64,000 nt of DNA from the human T2T-CHM13v2.0 reference genome, Homo sapiens, in the NCBI RefSeq assembly GCF_009914755.1, contig NC_060942.1; one strand, given 5' to 3'. Positions 42,261 to 55,470 of the stretch are shown here, piece after piece. Position numbers and translations under genes: made by a program. The first letter of the stretch is position 1; each line of letters begins with the position of its first letter. The notes under the pieces were generated by a model. The model searched no databases, was not told where the DNA came from, and saw nothing but the letters and a program-made list of their open reading frames with translations.

Positions 42261-42863
42261 TAAGTGCAATGAGGCACACAAAACTCTTAGGACTGTGGCT
42301 GTGAAATAGACAGTGCTCTGCAGACGTCAGCTCCTTGTAGCTATTGGACGTTGTTTCTTCAGCCTCCCAAGTCAAGGAAAACCAGACAAAATAGCAAGAT
42401 TGATGTTCAGGTTAATTGCAAAGGGAGTTGCTCATAGTCCATTGGTAAGCAGAGAGAATCCTCTGTCCTTAATAAAATTTAGTGGCTGGTGAAAAAGGGA
42501 GGTGTGTCCTTTACAGAAAAGGATGAAAGGCTTTCTTTCTCTTATTACATTCTAAATCATTTACTTAAAATTTTTATTCATCTAATTACAGATAAGCATA
42601 ATTTTGCATAAGGATGTAAAGATAATTTTTTAATGTTTGGTATAGGTTCTTTTTTTACTAGAAATTTTTGCTGAAATAATTATAGACAAGCATGTAGTTT
42701 TAAGAAGTTATACAGAGACAGGCCTGTATATTTCACCTACTTTCCCCCAGTGGTAACATTTTTCAAAACTGTTGTATAATATCAGAACCAGGATATTGAC
42801 ACTGATAGGCTCAAACCATCTTATTCAGACTTCCACAGTGTTGCTTATACTTGTGTGTGTGTG

Positions 42864-42898
<35 letters not shown>

Positions 42899-43290
42899 AG
42901 TTATATCCAATTCTGTCACATCCACCCCACCATATCAAAATGCTCCAAAGGATCCTGCTGATGGCCCTTTTACAGTCACAGCCATGCCCCTCCCCCCACA
43001 ACAAATCCATATCCCTGGCAACCACTATTTTGTTCTCCATTTCTAAAATTGTGTCATTTCAAAAATCGTATATGAAAGGAATCATACAGCATGTAATCTT
43101 TTCAGATTAGCTTTTTCTTTGAGTATAATTCTTAAGAGACTCATCCAGGTCTGCATGTCCTTTTTATTGTTGAGCAGTATTCCATGATAGGGGTGCATTG
43201 CAGCTTGTTCGCTTCTTACCTGTTGAGATACAGCTGGGTTCTCAGTTTGGGGCTATTATGATCAAAACTACTGTGAACATTCATGTACAG

Positions 43291-43669
43291 TGACACGGTT
43301 AGACTTTGTGTCCCCACCCAAATTTCATCTTGAATTGTAATCCCCATAATCCCCATGTGTCAAGGGATAGACCAGGTGGAGGTAATTGAATCATGGGGGC
43401 AGTTTCTGCCATGCTGTCCTCATGATAGTGAGTGAGTTCTCATGAGATCTGATGGTTTTATAGGGGGCTCTTCCCACTTCGCTTGTCACTTCTCCTTCCT
43501 GCTGCCTTGTGAAGAAGGTGCCTTGCTTCCCCTTCACCTTCTGCCATGATTGCAAGTTTCCTGAGGCCTCTCCAGTCATGCTAAACTGTAAGTCAATTAA
43601 ACCTCCTTCCTTTGTGAATTACGCAGTCTCAGGCAGTTCTGTGTAGCAGCATGAAAACAGACTAATACA
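43291..43669 (+). mobile_element. THE1D-like solo LTR
   Basis: TG...CA termini; tgtgtccccacccaaat.tcatcttgaattgta; perfect 5-bp TSD TACAG at 43286-43290 and 43670-43674. Confidence 0.93.
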
Positions 43670-44045
43670 TACAGGTATTTGCATGAAGATAAGTTTTCAT
43701 TTCTCTGGGTTAAATGCTCAAGAGTTCTAAGACATGGTGTGCATACTGAGTTTTTTATGAAATCAACAAACTGTATATAGAGTGGCTGAGCCCTGCTGCA
43801 TTCTTACCAGCAGTATGCCAGTGACCCAGTTCCCCCACATCTTCAACAGCGTTTAGTTTTGTGACTTTTTAAATTTTAGCTTTCTGTTGGTGTAAAGTCA
43901 TATCTTACTGTAGTTTTATTTGCGTTTTCTTGATGGCTAATGATGTTTGCCACCTGCATATCCTCTGGTGAAAGATCTGTTCATGTCTTTGCCTATTTTC
44001 TAGTTGAATTGTTTGTTTTTCCTGTTAAGGATTGAGAGATCTTAA

Positions 44046-44483
<438 letters not shown>

Positions 44484-44743
44484 AAATGGTTTTAATACTT
44501 ACCAGGAGCCATTTATCAATATTTCCATTTACTGATTCTGCTTTTAATGTCAGATCCAAGAACTTTTCACCGTCTTATATCCTGAAGGTTTTTCTTTTTG
44601 TTTTCTGCAAGTTTAATGGTTCTCCATTTTACATTAAATTCATCATCCGTTTTGAGTTAATTTTGTGTGTTACGAGGTTTAGGTTGAGGCTCATGTTTGC
44701 TGCCTGTGGATGTCCAACTGCTCCAGCATTATATGTTGAAAAG

Positions 44744-45106
44744 TGCAATGGTCTTTTGGATGTTTCAACTTGGATACTCTACAGTCCTCAGTTATTTACT
44801 CAAACCTTAATTTAGTGCTATGAAGTTATTTATTTTTACTTGTGATTAAAGTCACTTGGCTTTAACTAAGGCATATTATCCTAGGTAATCTGGGTGGATC
44901 TGGTTCAGTCAGCTGAAAGGCTTTGAAAGCAGAGATGAGGGCTCCCTGGAGCAGAAGAAACCCCACTTACGGGCCAGCACCAGCTCATGCCTACCTATGG
45001 ATTTGGGACACAACCAGCTAGCTCCCTAATCCCAACTCCTTGCAACAAATGCTTACTAAATATCTTCTACTCTTTCTGCCTCTTTGGTTGAACCCTGCCT
45101 GATACA
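44744..45106 (+). mobile_element. MLT2 (MLT2E/F-like) solo LTR
   Basis: TG...CA termini; tcaacttgg..a..ctacagtc..cagttatt; aatctgggtgg; perfect TSD AAAAG at 44739-44743 and 45107-45111. Confidence 0.78.
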
Positions 45107-45809
45107 AAAAGAATATTCTCCCTCTGTTGAATTGCTTTTGTACCTTCATCAAAAATCAATTAAGCATATTTTTGTGGGTGTTTTTCTAAGTTTTGTGTCC
45201 TGTTCCATGGATCTATTGTTTAGCCATCTGTTAACATCACAGTGTCTGGATCACTGTAGCTACATAGTCAGCCTTGATATTGGTAAAGTGATTCCTCCCA
45301 CTGTGTTCTTCTTTTTCAACATGAGTGTAGCTATCCTGGGTGTCTCTGGATGGGGATGGGGTCTCAGGCCCAGGGAGAAGGAGAGTGCTTTCCATGGTCA
45401 CTGTTTTCATGGCGATCAATCTCATTTGCAGGTGGCACTGGGCTCACTTGATGTTGTCAAGAGGAGCCCCTGATTGATCAGGGGAGGAATGTGCCTACTG
45501 GGGCTGCCTTTTTTGGGGGGCTGGTGGTTGGTGGGTGGGTGACAGAATCTGACTTCTGTTTCTTCGTCGAGTGGGGTCACAAGACACCTTGCCGCTGTGC
45601 TCTCCCGAAGTACAAACTGCTGTGCTGTACTTCTTCCAGTCCCAGAAGTACAAACCACATCGCTTTCCTCTTACCATACATCACAGCTGTCCTTTGGTTG
45701 TCTATTGCTTTGTTTCCAGGGTTCATAGTTGTGCTTAGTGGGAAAGAGCAGGGAAACAGGTCTATACCACCTTTTTTAGGCTAGAAGTTGAAGCAGGCAT
45801 TTTTAATAC

Positions 45810-46500
45810 AATTTTTTTTTTACTTTTTCATTTGTCTCTCTTCCCAAACTCCTTCACCCACATCAGAACCTACTCAATTGCCTACGTTATGACTGAGTGT
45901 TCATTCTGTGTTTTGCTATACATGTATAGAATACTGTGTAAACATGCACACACATACAAACACACATGCAGACACATGTACATACACAGGCAAGTGCATT
46001 TGTACATATACAAAGAGGATTAGTCTGTTTTTGTTTTACAGGAACAGATCGATTAATCACATGTTTCAACAGCTTTCCACTTAACAATGTTTTATGCACA
46101 TCTCTCTAGGGAATATGGTGTAGCTGTAATTTGTTTTTTGGGGGTTGCATAGTTTTTTATGGAGAGGTGTAGCCTAGTTTATTCAGTCAGCCTCCTATTG
46201 ATGGATGGCCTCTTTATTTGCAGCTCTTGTCCATATAAACAATATTGTACACCTTGTACATTTGACATTCTTAGTGATGTAATTTCTATGGGATAGATTC
46301 CAAGAGTGGGATTTTGGGTTTGAATAATTTATGTATTTTGAATTAAACATCTGTTCCCAACTTGCTTATGAAAGAAACCACAAAACTTCACATTCCTTCA
46401 CAATGTATGAGAGTAAACCTTCTCCAAGAAAGAGATTTCCTAAAGTCAGAACCTCCCCGTTACCCAGCCTTCCTTTTCTGGCTACAGCAAAATGCTTTTG
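45810..46500 (-). mobile_element. Old L1ME-like 3' fragment
   Basis: cctattgatgga; tctatgggatagattcc.agagtgggatt..gggt; cattcc..caca.tgtatgagagt. Confidence 0.6.
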
Positions 46501-47239
46501 TTTGCTGCATTGATAAATCCCCATGACTATCCAGGTACAGGATGGCACTGTAGCAACACAAAATTCCTCCAATGGTGGAGACATGTTTATTTCCTCTTGC
46601 TTTTGCTCAATCTCTTAATCCTCCTTTCCCTTTGAGCCCTGGAAATAGACCAGCTGTGGGTTACTAATCAGCTTTGCTCCTTATTGGGAGAACCACAGAA
46701 GTGAACTTATGATCTCATCTTTCACCCTCCATCACAAAGCACTAATTCCAACTCATTTATAAAAGTTCAATGCTAGTTTGTAAAACGTGTGTCCTGTAGA
46801 CCACAGAATTCAGGCAGCTTGGTCTGACTTTGCTACCTCAGATTTTGGATGTAAAAAATCCACTGTGTCTCTTCTGCTGCCATTTATTGTCATCTAAGGT
46901 TAGAATTCTTGCAATTATTTTACGTTTTCATTTCTAAAGTGATGTTCAAGCTTTGAAAGTAAAGAAAAAAGAAAAGAACAAAAAGTCTACTTGAGTTCCC
47001 TACTAAAATGGCACAATATTAGGAATAACAGATTTTAAAATTCTCTGGGTAGTGAGCTGTATGAATCTCTTTTTGAAATAACAGATGAAGCCTGTAAGTT
47101 CAATTTATTCTGTCTTGGAAAAACAAAGCATGATATTAAAAACAAAACAAACAAGATGGCTTCAAAAGGAGCAGTGACTGTAAAGAATTGAGTCAACAAT
47201 TGAGAAAAAAAATCACCCAAATCACAGCTAGTTTATATT

Positions 47240-47595
47240 CTAGAATGGATGAAGAAAGGCTTACTAGAAAATGTTGTGTTTGAAGAAGAGCCAGGAAGCA
47301 CAGTATGGGCCTATTTAGGGGACGGATGGGCCCAGCATGGAACACTTAGACAGAAGACAGCTTGGACAAAGTCTCCAACAGGTGGAAGAGCAGCTCCAAG
47401 GTACTGTAAGTGATTTGGCCACTTGAGGCCCAGGGAAGAGAAGAGATGCAAAGACTGGCAAGAGATAAGCCATGGAGCAGTAGTTCATTCACTCATCTGT
47501 CCATTCCTTAATTCATTCAGCAGTTGCTTGTTGATAGCCTACTCTGTGCAAAAAGCTCTTCCCAAGGCTGGGAATAGAGTGGTGAGAACAAAAGT
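47240..47595 (-). mobile_element. L2 fragments
   Basis: ttcattcactca...attcattcagca...gcctactctgtgc...ggctgggaatagagtggtga. Confidence 0.6.
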
Positions 47596-48807
47596 ATAGT
47601 ATATAGTTATGCTTTAGTATATGAATTTAAGCATCTTAACTATTTTTTCCTAGAAAAAAATCTTCAAATACTCAAAATGCAAAAATTAAAAAAGATAAAG
47701 ATGGACATAAGTATTTTTAGAGTATTTACCAGATAGAGTGATGTTTGTTACCTACAGCATATTCATCTTTAGCTATTTTGAATAATTTTTGGTAACTTGT
47801 CTTATAGTCCATTGGCCAGTGAATGAGATTTTGGGTAGATAAAAAGGACTCAAAGAGGAGTGTGTGGGAAAGAAAGATAGAAGCCTTGTCTAGACATGAC
47901 TTTTTGGACCCCAATTCAGTTTATTTGTTGGTCTTCTTTTTTGGACTTCCTAAAATGGGGCACCCACATTTGAACTCTGGCCTGGGAGTGTCTAACCAAT
48001 GTCAGAGTTTAAGATGACGATTAACTGTCTTGTTTTAAAGATAACCTTTCTCTGAAGGTGGCCCCCACTGTGCTGGGTGAGTTTTATAGATAATTTACCT
48101 GTAGGAATTTTTCCCATGAGTTCTCTTAAGCCAGGAATTTTCTCCGTCTATCTCTATACTGGCAATCTAAAATTCAGGCATTTTCAGTTCTTCTAGGGAC
48201 ATGTGTCTTGTTGATTTCTGCCTGTCATCCTAACTTGTTGGATCATTTTAAATCTTGATTTGCCCATCCAGCAGACCAGCTGTCTTCTCCAGCCCTGCCA
48301 TCCATAGATACATCTGCTAGGTGTGATTACAGTGCATTGACCTACTATAGGACTAGCAGTGATCAACTGGCAGAACCCTGTGGTCTCCATGAGAGTGCCC
48401 TCCAGAAGGGCATCAGATTCATGCACAGGCCCAGGGAATATGATTATATTACTCACAGAGCCACCTCACTGTGGAAACCTGCTGCCATTATTTATTCTTG
48501 ATTTATTGAAGGTGCTACAAGAGACTTATCCTATGCGTTGTGGCAATCCAGTTACATCATGCTCATGAAATTCCTGGAGCTACCAGCTTGGAAATAATGT
48601 CCAGAGGGTACATGCCATTAGTTTAGCAAATACTGTTCTTGAGAAGCCATCATCCTCATCATCATCTTTTTAAACTATTCATCAACTGTATCTTTCATAA
48701 ATCATTTTTGAATGTTGCTAATGATAAGCTATGATAATTCATCTGGAGCTTGCAATCAATCTTTTAAAATTTCTGTTTGAAAAAAAAAAATCATGACCCG
48801 TCTGCTA

Positions 48808-51778
48808 TTTCTTTTTTTTTCTTTTAGGATCAGGGGTACATGTGCAGGTTTGTTATATGGGTAAGTTGCATGTCACGGGGGTTTGGTGTACAGATTATTT
48901 CACTTCCCAGGTAATAAGCATAGTACCTGATAGGTAATTTCTCAACCCCTCCCTCTTCCCCCCAACCCCTTCAGTAGGCCTTGGTGTCTGTTCTTCCCTT
49001 TTTTTTGTCTACGTGTATTCAATGTTTAATTCTCACTTATGAGTGAGTATTTGGTTTGCGGTTCCTGCGTTCGTTTGTATAGGATAATGGCTTCCAGCTT
49101 GAAAAAACGTTGCACGAAAAACATTATCTCACTCCTTTTTATGACACCATAGTATTCTGTGGTGTCTATATTCCATATTTTCTTTATCTAATCTACTGTT
49201 AATAGGCATTTAGGTTGATTCCATGTCTTTGCTATTGTAGATAGTGCTGTGATGAATATATGCACGCATGTACCTACATGGTAGAACTATTTATATTTCT
49301 TTGGGTATATCACCACTAATGGGATTGCTGAATTGAATGGTAATTCTGCTTTGAGTTCTTTGAGAAACCGCCTAACTGCTTTCCACAATGGCTGTACCAA
49401 TTTACATTCCCATCAACTGTGTATAAGCGTTCCCTTTTCTCTGCAACTTCGCCCCTGTTCTTTATTGACTTTTTAATAGCCATTCTGGCTGGTGTGAATG
49501 CTATCCCACTGTGGTTTTGATTTGCATTTCTCTAATGATTAGTGAAGTTGAGTATTTTTTCATGTGCTTGTTGGCTGTGTGTATATTTTCTTTTGAAAAG
49601 TGTCTGTTCATGTTCTTTGCCCACTTTCTAATGGGGTTGATTGATTTTTGCTTGTTGTTCTGTTTTAGTTCCTTATACATTCTGGATATTAGGTCTTTGT
49701 CAGATGCATAGTTTGAAAATCTTTTCTTCCATTCTGTAGGTTGTCTGTTTATTCTGTTGATAGTTTCTTTTGCTGTGCAGAAGCTCTTTAGTTTAACTGG
49801 TCCCATTTGTCAATTTTTGTTTTTGTTACAATTACTTTTGGCATCTTCGTCATGAAATTTTTTGCCAGGGTCTACGTCCAGAATGGTATTTTCAAGGTTA
49901 TCTCCTAGGGTTTTTATAGTTTTAGGTTTTACATATAAGTCTTTAATCCATCTTGAGTTGATTTTTTTATGGTATAAGAAAGGGGTCCAATTTTAATCTT
50001 CTGCATATGGCTAGCCAGTTATTCCAACATCATTTATTGAATAGGGATTCATTTCCCCGTTGCTTGTTTTGGTTGACTTTGTCAAAGATCAGATGGTTGT
50101 AGGTGTGTGGCTTTATTTCTGGGTTCTATATTCTGATCCATTAGTCTGTGTATGTGTTTTTGTACCAATACCATGCTGTTTTGGTTACCGTAGTCTTGTA
50201 GTACATTTTGAACTTGGGTAACATGATTCTTACAGCTTTGTTCTTTTTACTTAGGATTACCTTGGCCATTCAAGCTCTTTTATGGTTCCAGATAAATTTT
50301 AAAGTAGTTTTTTTCTAATTCTATGAAGAATGCCACTGGTAGTTTGATAGAAATGTCATTGAACTTGTAAATTGCTTTGGGCAATTTGGCCATTTTAATG
50401 ATACTGATTCTTCCTAACTATAAGCAGGGGATGTTTTTCCATTTGTTTGTGTCACCTCTGATTTATTTGAGCATAATTCTCATTGTAGAGATCTTTCACC
50501 TCCCTGGTTAAAAATATTCCTAGGTATTTTGTTATTATTATTTTGGTGGCAATTGTGAATGTGATTCTGTTCGTGATTTGGTTCTCAGCTTGGATGTTGT
50601 TGGTGTATAGGAGTGCTGCTGATTTTTGTACATTGATTTTGCACCCCGAAACTTTGCTGAAGTTGTTTCTCAGATCAAGGAGCTTTTGGGCAGAGACTAT
50701 GAGGATTTTTAGCTATAGAATCATATTGTCTGCAAACAGGGATAGTTTGACTTCCTCTCTTTCTATTTAGATGCCTTCTATTTCTTTCTCTTGCCTGATT
50801 GCTCTGGCCAGGATTTCCAGTACTATGGTGAAGAGGAGTGGTGAGAGAGGGCATCCTAGTCTTGTGCCAGTTTTCAAGGGGAATGCTTCCAGCTTTTGCC
50901 CATTCAGTATGATGTTGGCTGTGAGTCTGTCACAGATGGCTCTTATTATTTTGAGGAATGTTCCTTCGATGCTTAGCTTGTTGACAGTTTTTAACATGAA
51001 TGGATGTTAAATTTTATCAAAAGCCTTTTCTGCATATATTGAGATAATCATGTGGGTTTTGTTTTTAGTTCTGTTTATGGGATGAATTACCTTTATTGAT
51101 TTGCATATGTTAAACCAAACTTACATCCCAGGGATAATGTCTACTTGATCATGATGGATTAGCTTTTTGATGTGCTGCTGGATTTGATTGGCAAGTATTT
51201 TTTTTTTTTTGAGGATTTTTGCATTGATGTTCATCAAGGACACTGGCCTGAAGTTTTCTGTTTTGGTTGTGTCTCTTCCAGGTTTTGGTATCAGTATGAT
51301 GCCAACCTCATAGAGTGAGTTAAGGAGGAGTCCCTCCTCCTCAATTTCTTGAATAGTTTCAGTTAGAAATGGTACCAGTTGTTCTTTACATTCCTGGTAG
51401 GATTTGGCTGTGAATCCATCTGGTCCTGGGCTTTTTCTGGTTAGTAGGCTTTTTATTACTAATTCAATTTTGGAACTCATTATTGGTGTGTTCGGGGAGC
51501 CAATTTATTCCTGATTCAATCTTGGGAGGATGTATGTTCCCAGGAATTTACTCATTTCTTCTGGGTGTTCCAACTTTTGTGCACAGAGGTGTTAACAGCA
51601 GTCTCTGAGGGTTATTTGTATTTATGCGGGGTTCGTGGTAACGTCCCTTTGTCATTTTTGATTGTGTTTATTTGGATATTCTTTCTTATTTTATTAGTCT
51701 AGCTAGCGTTCTATCTTGCTTATTCTTTCAAATAATAAACTTCTGGATTCATTGATTTTTTTGCATGGTTTTTCCTCT
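48808..51778 (-). mobile_element. L1PA15/L1PREC2-like 5'-truncated L1 (about 3 kb) with a disrupted ORF2
   Basis: 3'UTR aggggtacatgtgcaggtttgtta; ORF2 remnants [77 protein letters not shown]. Broken by stops and frameshifts. Confidence 0.95.
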
Positions 51779-52852
51779 TGAGTTCAGCCTGAAAATTCAA
51801 AGATTCATGTTTATGGAATAGTTTATGTTCATGGATTCTTTCATTTCCTCCAGTGCAGTTGCTCCTTCTCTGCTGTTTTAATGGTCTAAGCAGACTTTGT
51901 AAGGAGAAGCTTCCCTAGGCTCTTTCTAGGAGTTTCCAAGCATAGAAAATATCATACCAATTAAGCAGGCCTTTTCACTTTCATAGACTGTGATACAATT
52001 ATTTGCATGTTTCCAATTGCTTTTAGTAGGCACATCTTCAAAATGATGGCAACTATGATTTATATACTAAATTCAGCATAACAATGGTGGCTTCCCATGG
52101 CGATAATGTTTGGATTAAATTATTTAATCAATCTAGCCAAGTGCTTGGGACCTAGAAATGAAGGAGGACAGGGTTTGGACCCTAGAATCTCTTTGGTTTT
52201 AAAGAAGGTGGGGAAGGGAGGGGTGTGGCCAGGGATAAAGGAGAGGCCAGAAAAGTCCCTGTCACGTCCCCTGCTGGCTGGCTGGGGTGGTTTTGTTGAT
52301 GGATTCTATTTTGTGTTTCAGGAGGGGATCTAATGTTCTCCTCTTTATATAATCACCTCTATTTCTCTTCTCAAGCAGCTTGAATCTTTCACTTACCGTG
52401 AAAGACTAAATATAAAAATAATACTAATACTTTTTAAACTTTCATACCCTGCAAGCTGTGGAGCTGGGGAAGCCAGGTGCAGCAGGGAGGAGCTGCCAGG
52501 TGGGGCCTGGGAAATCTGCTCAGGAGCTGGCTTGCAGATGCCGCCTCAAAACCAGGAATTCGCTCTTGGTCACTGTGTGGCACATTTATTTTCCTTCTGC
52601 ATCATTTTTTTCCTAAGATTATGACTGTTTTAGTGAAACAGGCTTTATGACAGAGGAGTTTGAGCCTTAAAAATCTGGAATAACACTGAAATCATAATTA
52701 CACGGAAAATACTTTATATAGACATCTGAGATCCTGCTACATAGAAAACATCTTCTCTCAAAAAATAATATTACAGATGTGAACTAATCGCTTTTTTTTG
52801 TGGTCAATCCATGCTAGAAATACCGATGACAATGGCAATCATTGTAACAAAC

Positions 52853-52953
52853 ACTCTCATTCTTACCACCTTATAAGGACTCTCATTCTTACCACCTTAT
52901 AAAGGACTCTCATTCTTACCACCTTATAAGGGACTCTCATTCTTACCACCTTA
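52853..52953. repeat. Minisatellite, 26-27-bp unit, about 3.8 copies
   Basis: ACTCTCATTCTTACCACCTTATAAGG repeated; units differ only in the A/G run. Confidence 0.95.
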
Positions 52954-53763
52954 GTGGTTGCTCTTGAGTTTATACCTGAATCAGTTAAGGAGCGGCACAA
53001 TTATGCTTCCTTCTCCCAGGTGTGCAGAGAGGAAAGGGTGAAGCTTGGACTAAACCAGGTCTATTAATTTCTCAAAGGAAATTACAAAAATTAAAATTTG
53101 GGCTGGGGTTATACACACATGAACGATTAACAGGTAGAAAAACATTCTTCAATAATCAGATACTACGAAGTCTTAGTAGCTTACTTAGTTCACAAGAATA
53201 AATTTCTCATTTTAATACTTTTTTTGCATGAAATTTCTAGGCACTATTTCTATTTTAACTTATTCATTCTAGAATCTTTCTAGTTTCCAGAATCAAAGTT
53301 TCTCTTTCTAGAATTCCTTCTAGGATAAAGCTTATTGCATTCTAAAGACAGTGTTAGAGCTATTAGAATTTAATTTTTAAAGAAATTAGCAATAGAATTA
53401 AAAAGTTACAAAACAAAAACAAAATAAAAACACGATTTACCTCTGGTTGATCTTACCAGTAATATAGTTCCTCTTTTAATTTTATTTTGCTTTGGATATT
53501 TCTCATTTATAATTCTGTTCTAGTTTTATTCTTAAATATCCTTGTTTACGCTGAAAATGTCATATATCCAGAATATCTGGCTCAGTTATTATTATTTTTT
53601 TCTACTGGGATTCTTGTTAAAAAGGGAAATGCATGACAAGCGGTAAAAATGGCAGTTCGATGGAACTGTCATTAGAATGTCCTGGTTCTGTGCTTGATGC
53701 CACCAGGACACTGTGACCAAGGAGGCTGCTCAGGGAGCCTTGACAACCCAGAGAAGCCAACGT

Positions 53764-54032
53764 CACCCTGTCAGCTCAGCGCACGGTTCCAGGACAGCAA
53801 CGTCCACGCCCCTGGGCCACCCCGTCAGCTCAGCGCACGGTCCCAGGACAGCAACGTCCATGCCCCTGGGCCACCCTGTCAGCTCAGCGCACGGTCCCAG
53901 GACAGCAACGTCCATGCCCCTGGGCCACCCCGTCAGCTCAGCGCACGGTCCCAGGACAGCAACGTCCATGCCCCTGGGCCACCCTGTCAGCTCAGCGCAC
54001 GGTCCCAGGACAGCAACGTCCATGTCCCTGGG
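53764..54032. repeat. 54-bp VNTR, about 5 copies
   Basis: Unit CACCC(T/C)GTCAGCTCAGCGCACGGTCCCAGGACAGCAACGTCCATGCCCCTGGGC; matches the 18-aa periodicity in the ORF track. Confidence 0.97.
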
Positions 54033-54131
54033 GAGCTTGTTGGCAATGCGGAATCCCAGGTCTCCCCCTAGACTCTTGGTGTCATGGGATTCCCGGTGGT
54101 CCGTGTGGACTCTGAGTTGTGAGGAGACTGC
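53985..54131. mobile_element. MER5A-like hAT MITE overlapping the last VNTR unit
   Basis: cctggggagcttgtt.g.aatgc..a.tcccagg.c.c.cccc.agac and a ..gtt.tgag.a.actg terminus. Confidence 0.6.
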
Positions 54132-55240
54132 CCTTCACTCACTGCCCGCTGGAAGATCCCTCTGCCTCCTCACATACAAATGTGTCTGTCTACACCCACC
54201 ACTCTTTCTTCTTCCATCTCTGAAAAGAAGGCCCATTGTTACTTGTTTTTCATTCTTCCTAAGTCTCCCTTCTAAGGCTTCTTTTAGTTAGAGCATCATA
54301 TTTGATAATAGCAACAATTTCTGCAACGTGAAGGTGATGAAAAAATCTGTCTCCCTTTCTTCATACTACGTGTGTCACATAACCAATACTGACAGCTTCA
54401 TCAACGCCTTTCCACTTCTCCCTGGAGTTTTCGTGTGGTTTTTTCTCACCCCACTGACTCACCTTCAATTGTTCTCTGTCCCCTAATGGCTTTGAAACGA
54501 ATACCTGTCTCTGCAGCTCCAAAGCCAAGACTTTAGGTCACTAGCAGATATTTCTTTTGGATGTTCTTTGGGCAACTTAAATGCCCATAACTAATGATAG
54601 CACTTCATGACCACCCAGGCAGACAGCTAAACACTTCTTGAAAACTACGAATGACTTGGACAGTCCTTAAAGTGACTCCTACAGGATGCGGCAGTAAAAT
54701 CTCATAAACTGTGTTTTACGGCCTAATTTGACCTAATGAGATTCTGCAAGCCGCATGCAATTGGAGAATTCTTCCCTCTCTATTTTACTGATAAACTACA
54801 AATTTTGTGTTGCTAGGCTGAGTATCTGGGGGCCCCAAGCTTCTGAGGGGCATGGCCAGGGAGTGACAGTGTCTCTCCAAATCATCAGCTTGGGCTGACT
54901 TTTCCCAGTTGCCTGAACATCTCAATATCATAGATTTCCCAATACATTTGAAAATTGTGTGCTCTAAGTCTACATTGGCACATTAAACCATGTGTTGAAA
55001 CTACAAGGCTGTTCAGGGCTTTAGATATTACTCATGCTTAAAAGAAAGGAGTTCATGGTGAATTGGTTTTTCCATTTTAGCTTTTATTTAGCCTTTTATT
55101 TAGTCTGATTCAGAAACAGACACAACATAATATCCATGGGAACAAGGCAGAGCTTTTTTTTCCCCTTTGTGTTCATTTTCTATTTCTTGCTTCTTAGCCC
55201 ATATATCATAGAATTAGCTCCAAAGTTCGTAGGTATAAAT

Positions 55241-55470
55241 CAGGGCATCTCAGCAGCAACACTGTTGGTATTTTGGCTCGATCGTTCCTTGCTGGGCAGC
55301 TTGATCGTCCTCGTGTCTGTGCACTGTGGGATGCTGGGAGGCATCCCTGGCCTCTACACACTGGATGCTGGTAGTGGCTCCCCACACCTCTAGGTTGTGA
55401 CAATAAAAAATGCTGCACAATTTCCAAGTGTCCCCTTGGAGGAAACTATTGCTTCCAGTTGAGAACCACT
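55241..55470 (-). mobile_element. MER20
   Basis: gcatccctggcctctac.cact.gatgc..gtag; gttgtgacaa..aaaaatg; ccagttgagaaccact. Confidence 0.85.

Noticed and set aside
48808-51778. Reverse transcriptase as an active or domesticated gene
   Set aside because: ORF2 is fragmented into short pieces by stops and frameshifts and is 5'-truncated; an ordinary dead L1.
52853-54032. Tandem arrays as CRISPR-like repeats
   Set aside because: Units are head-to-tail with no unique spacers, there are no cas genes, and the context is eukaryotic.
53694-54291. 125-aa and 192-aa repeat-protein ORFs
   Set aside because: Openness is explained by a stop-free 54-bp tandem unit; starts are non-ATG or weak; no homology recognised.
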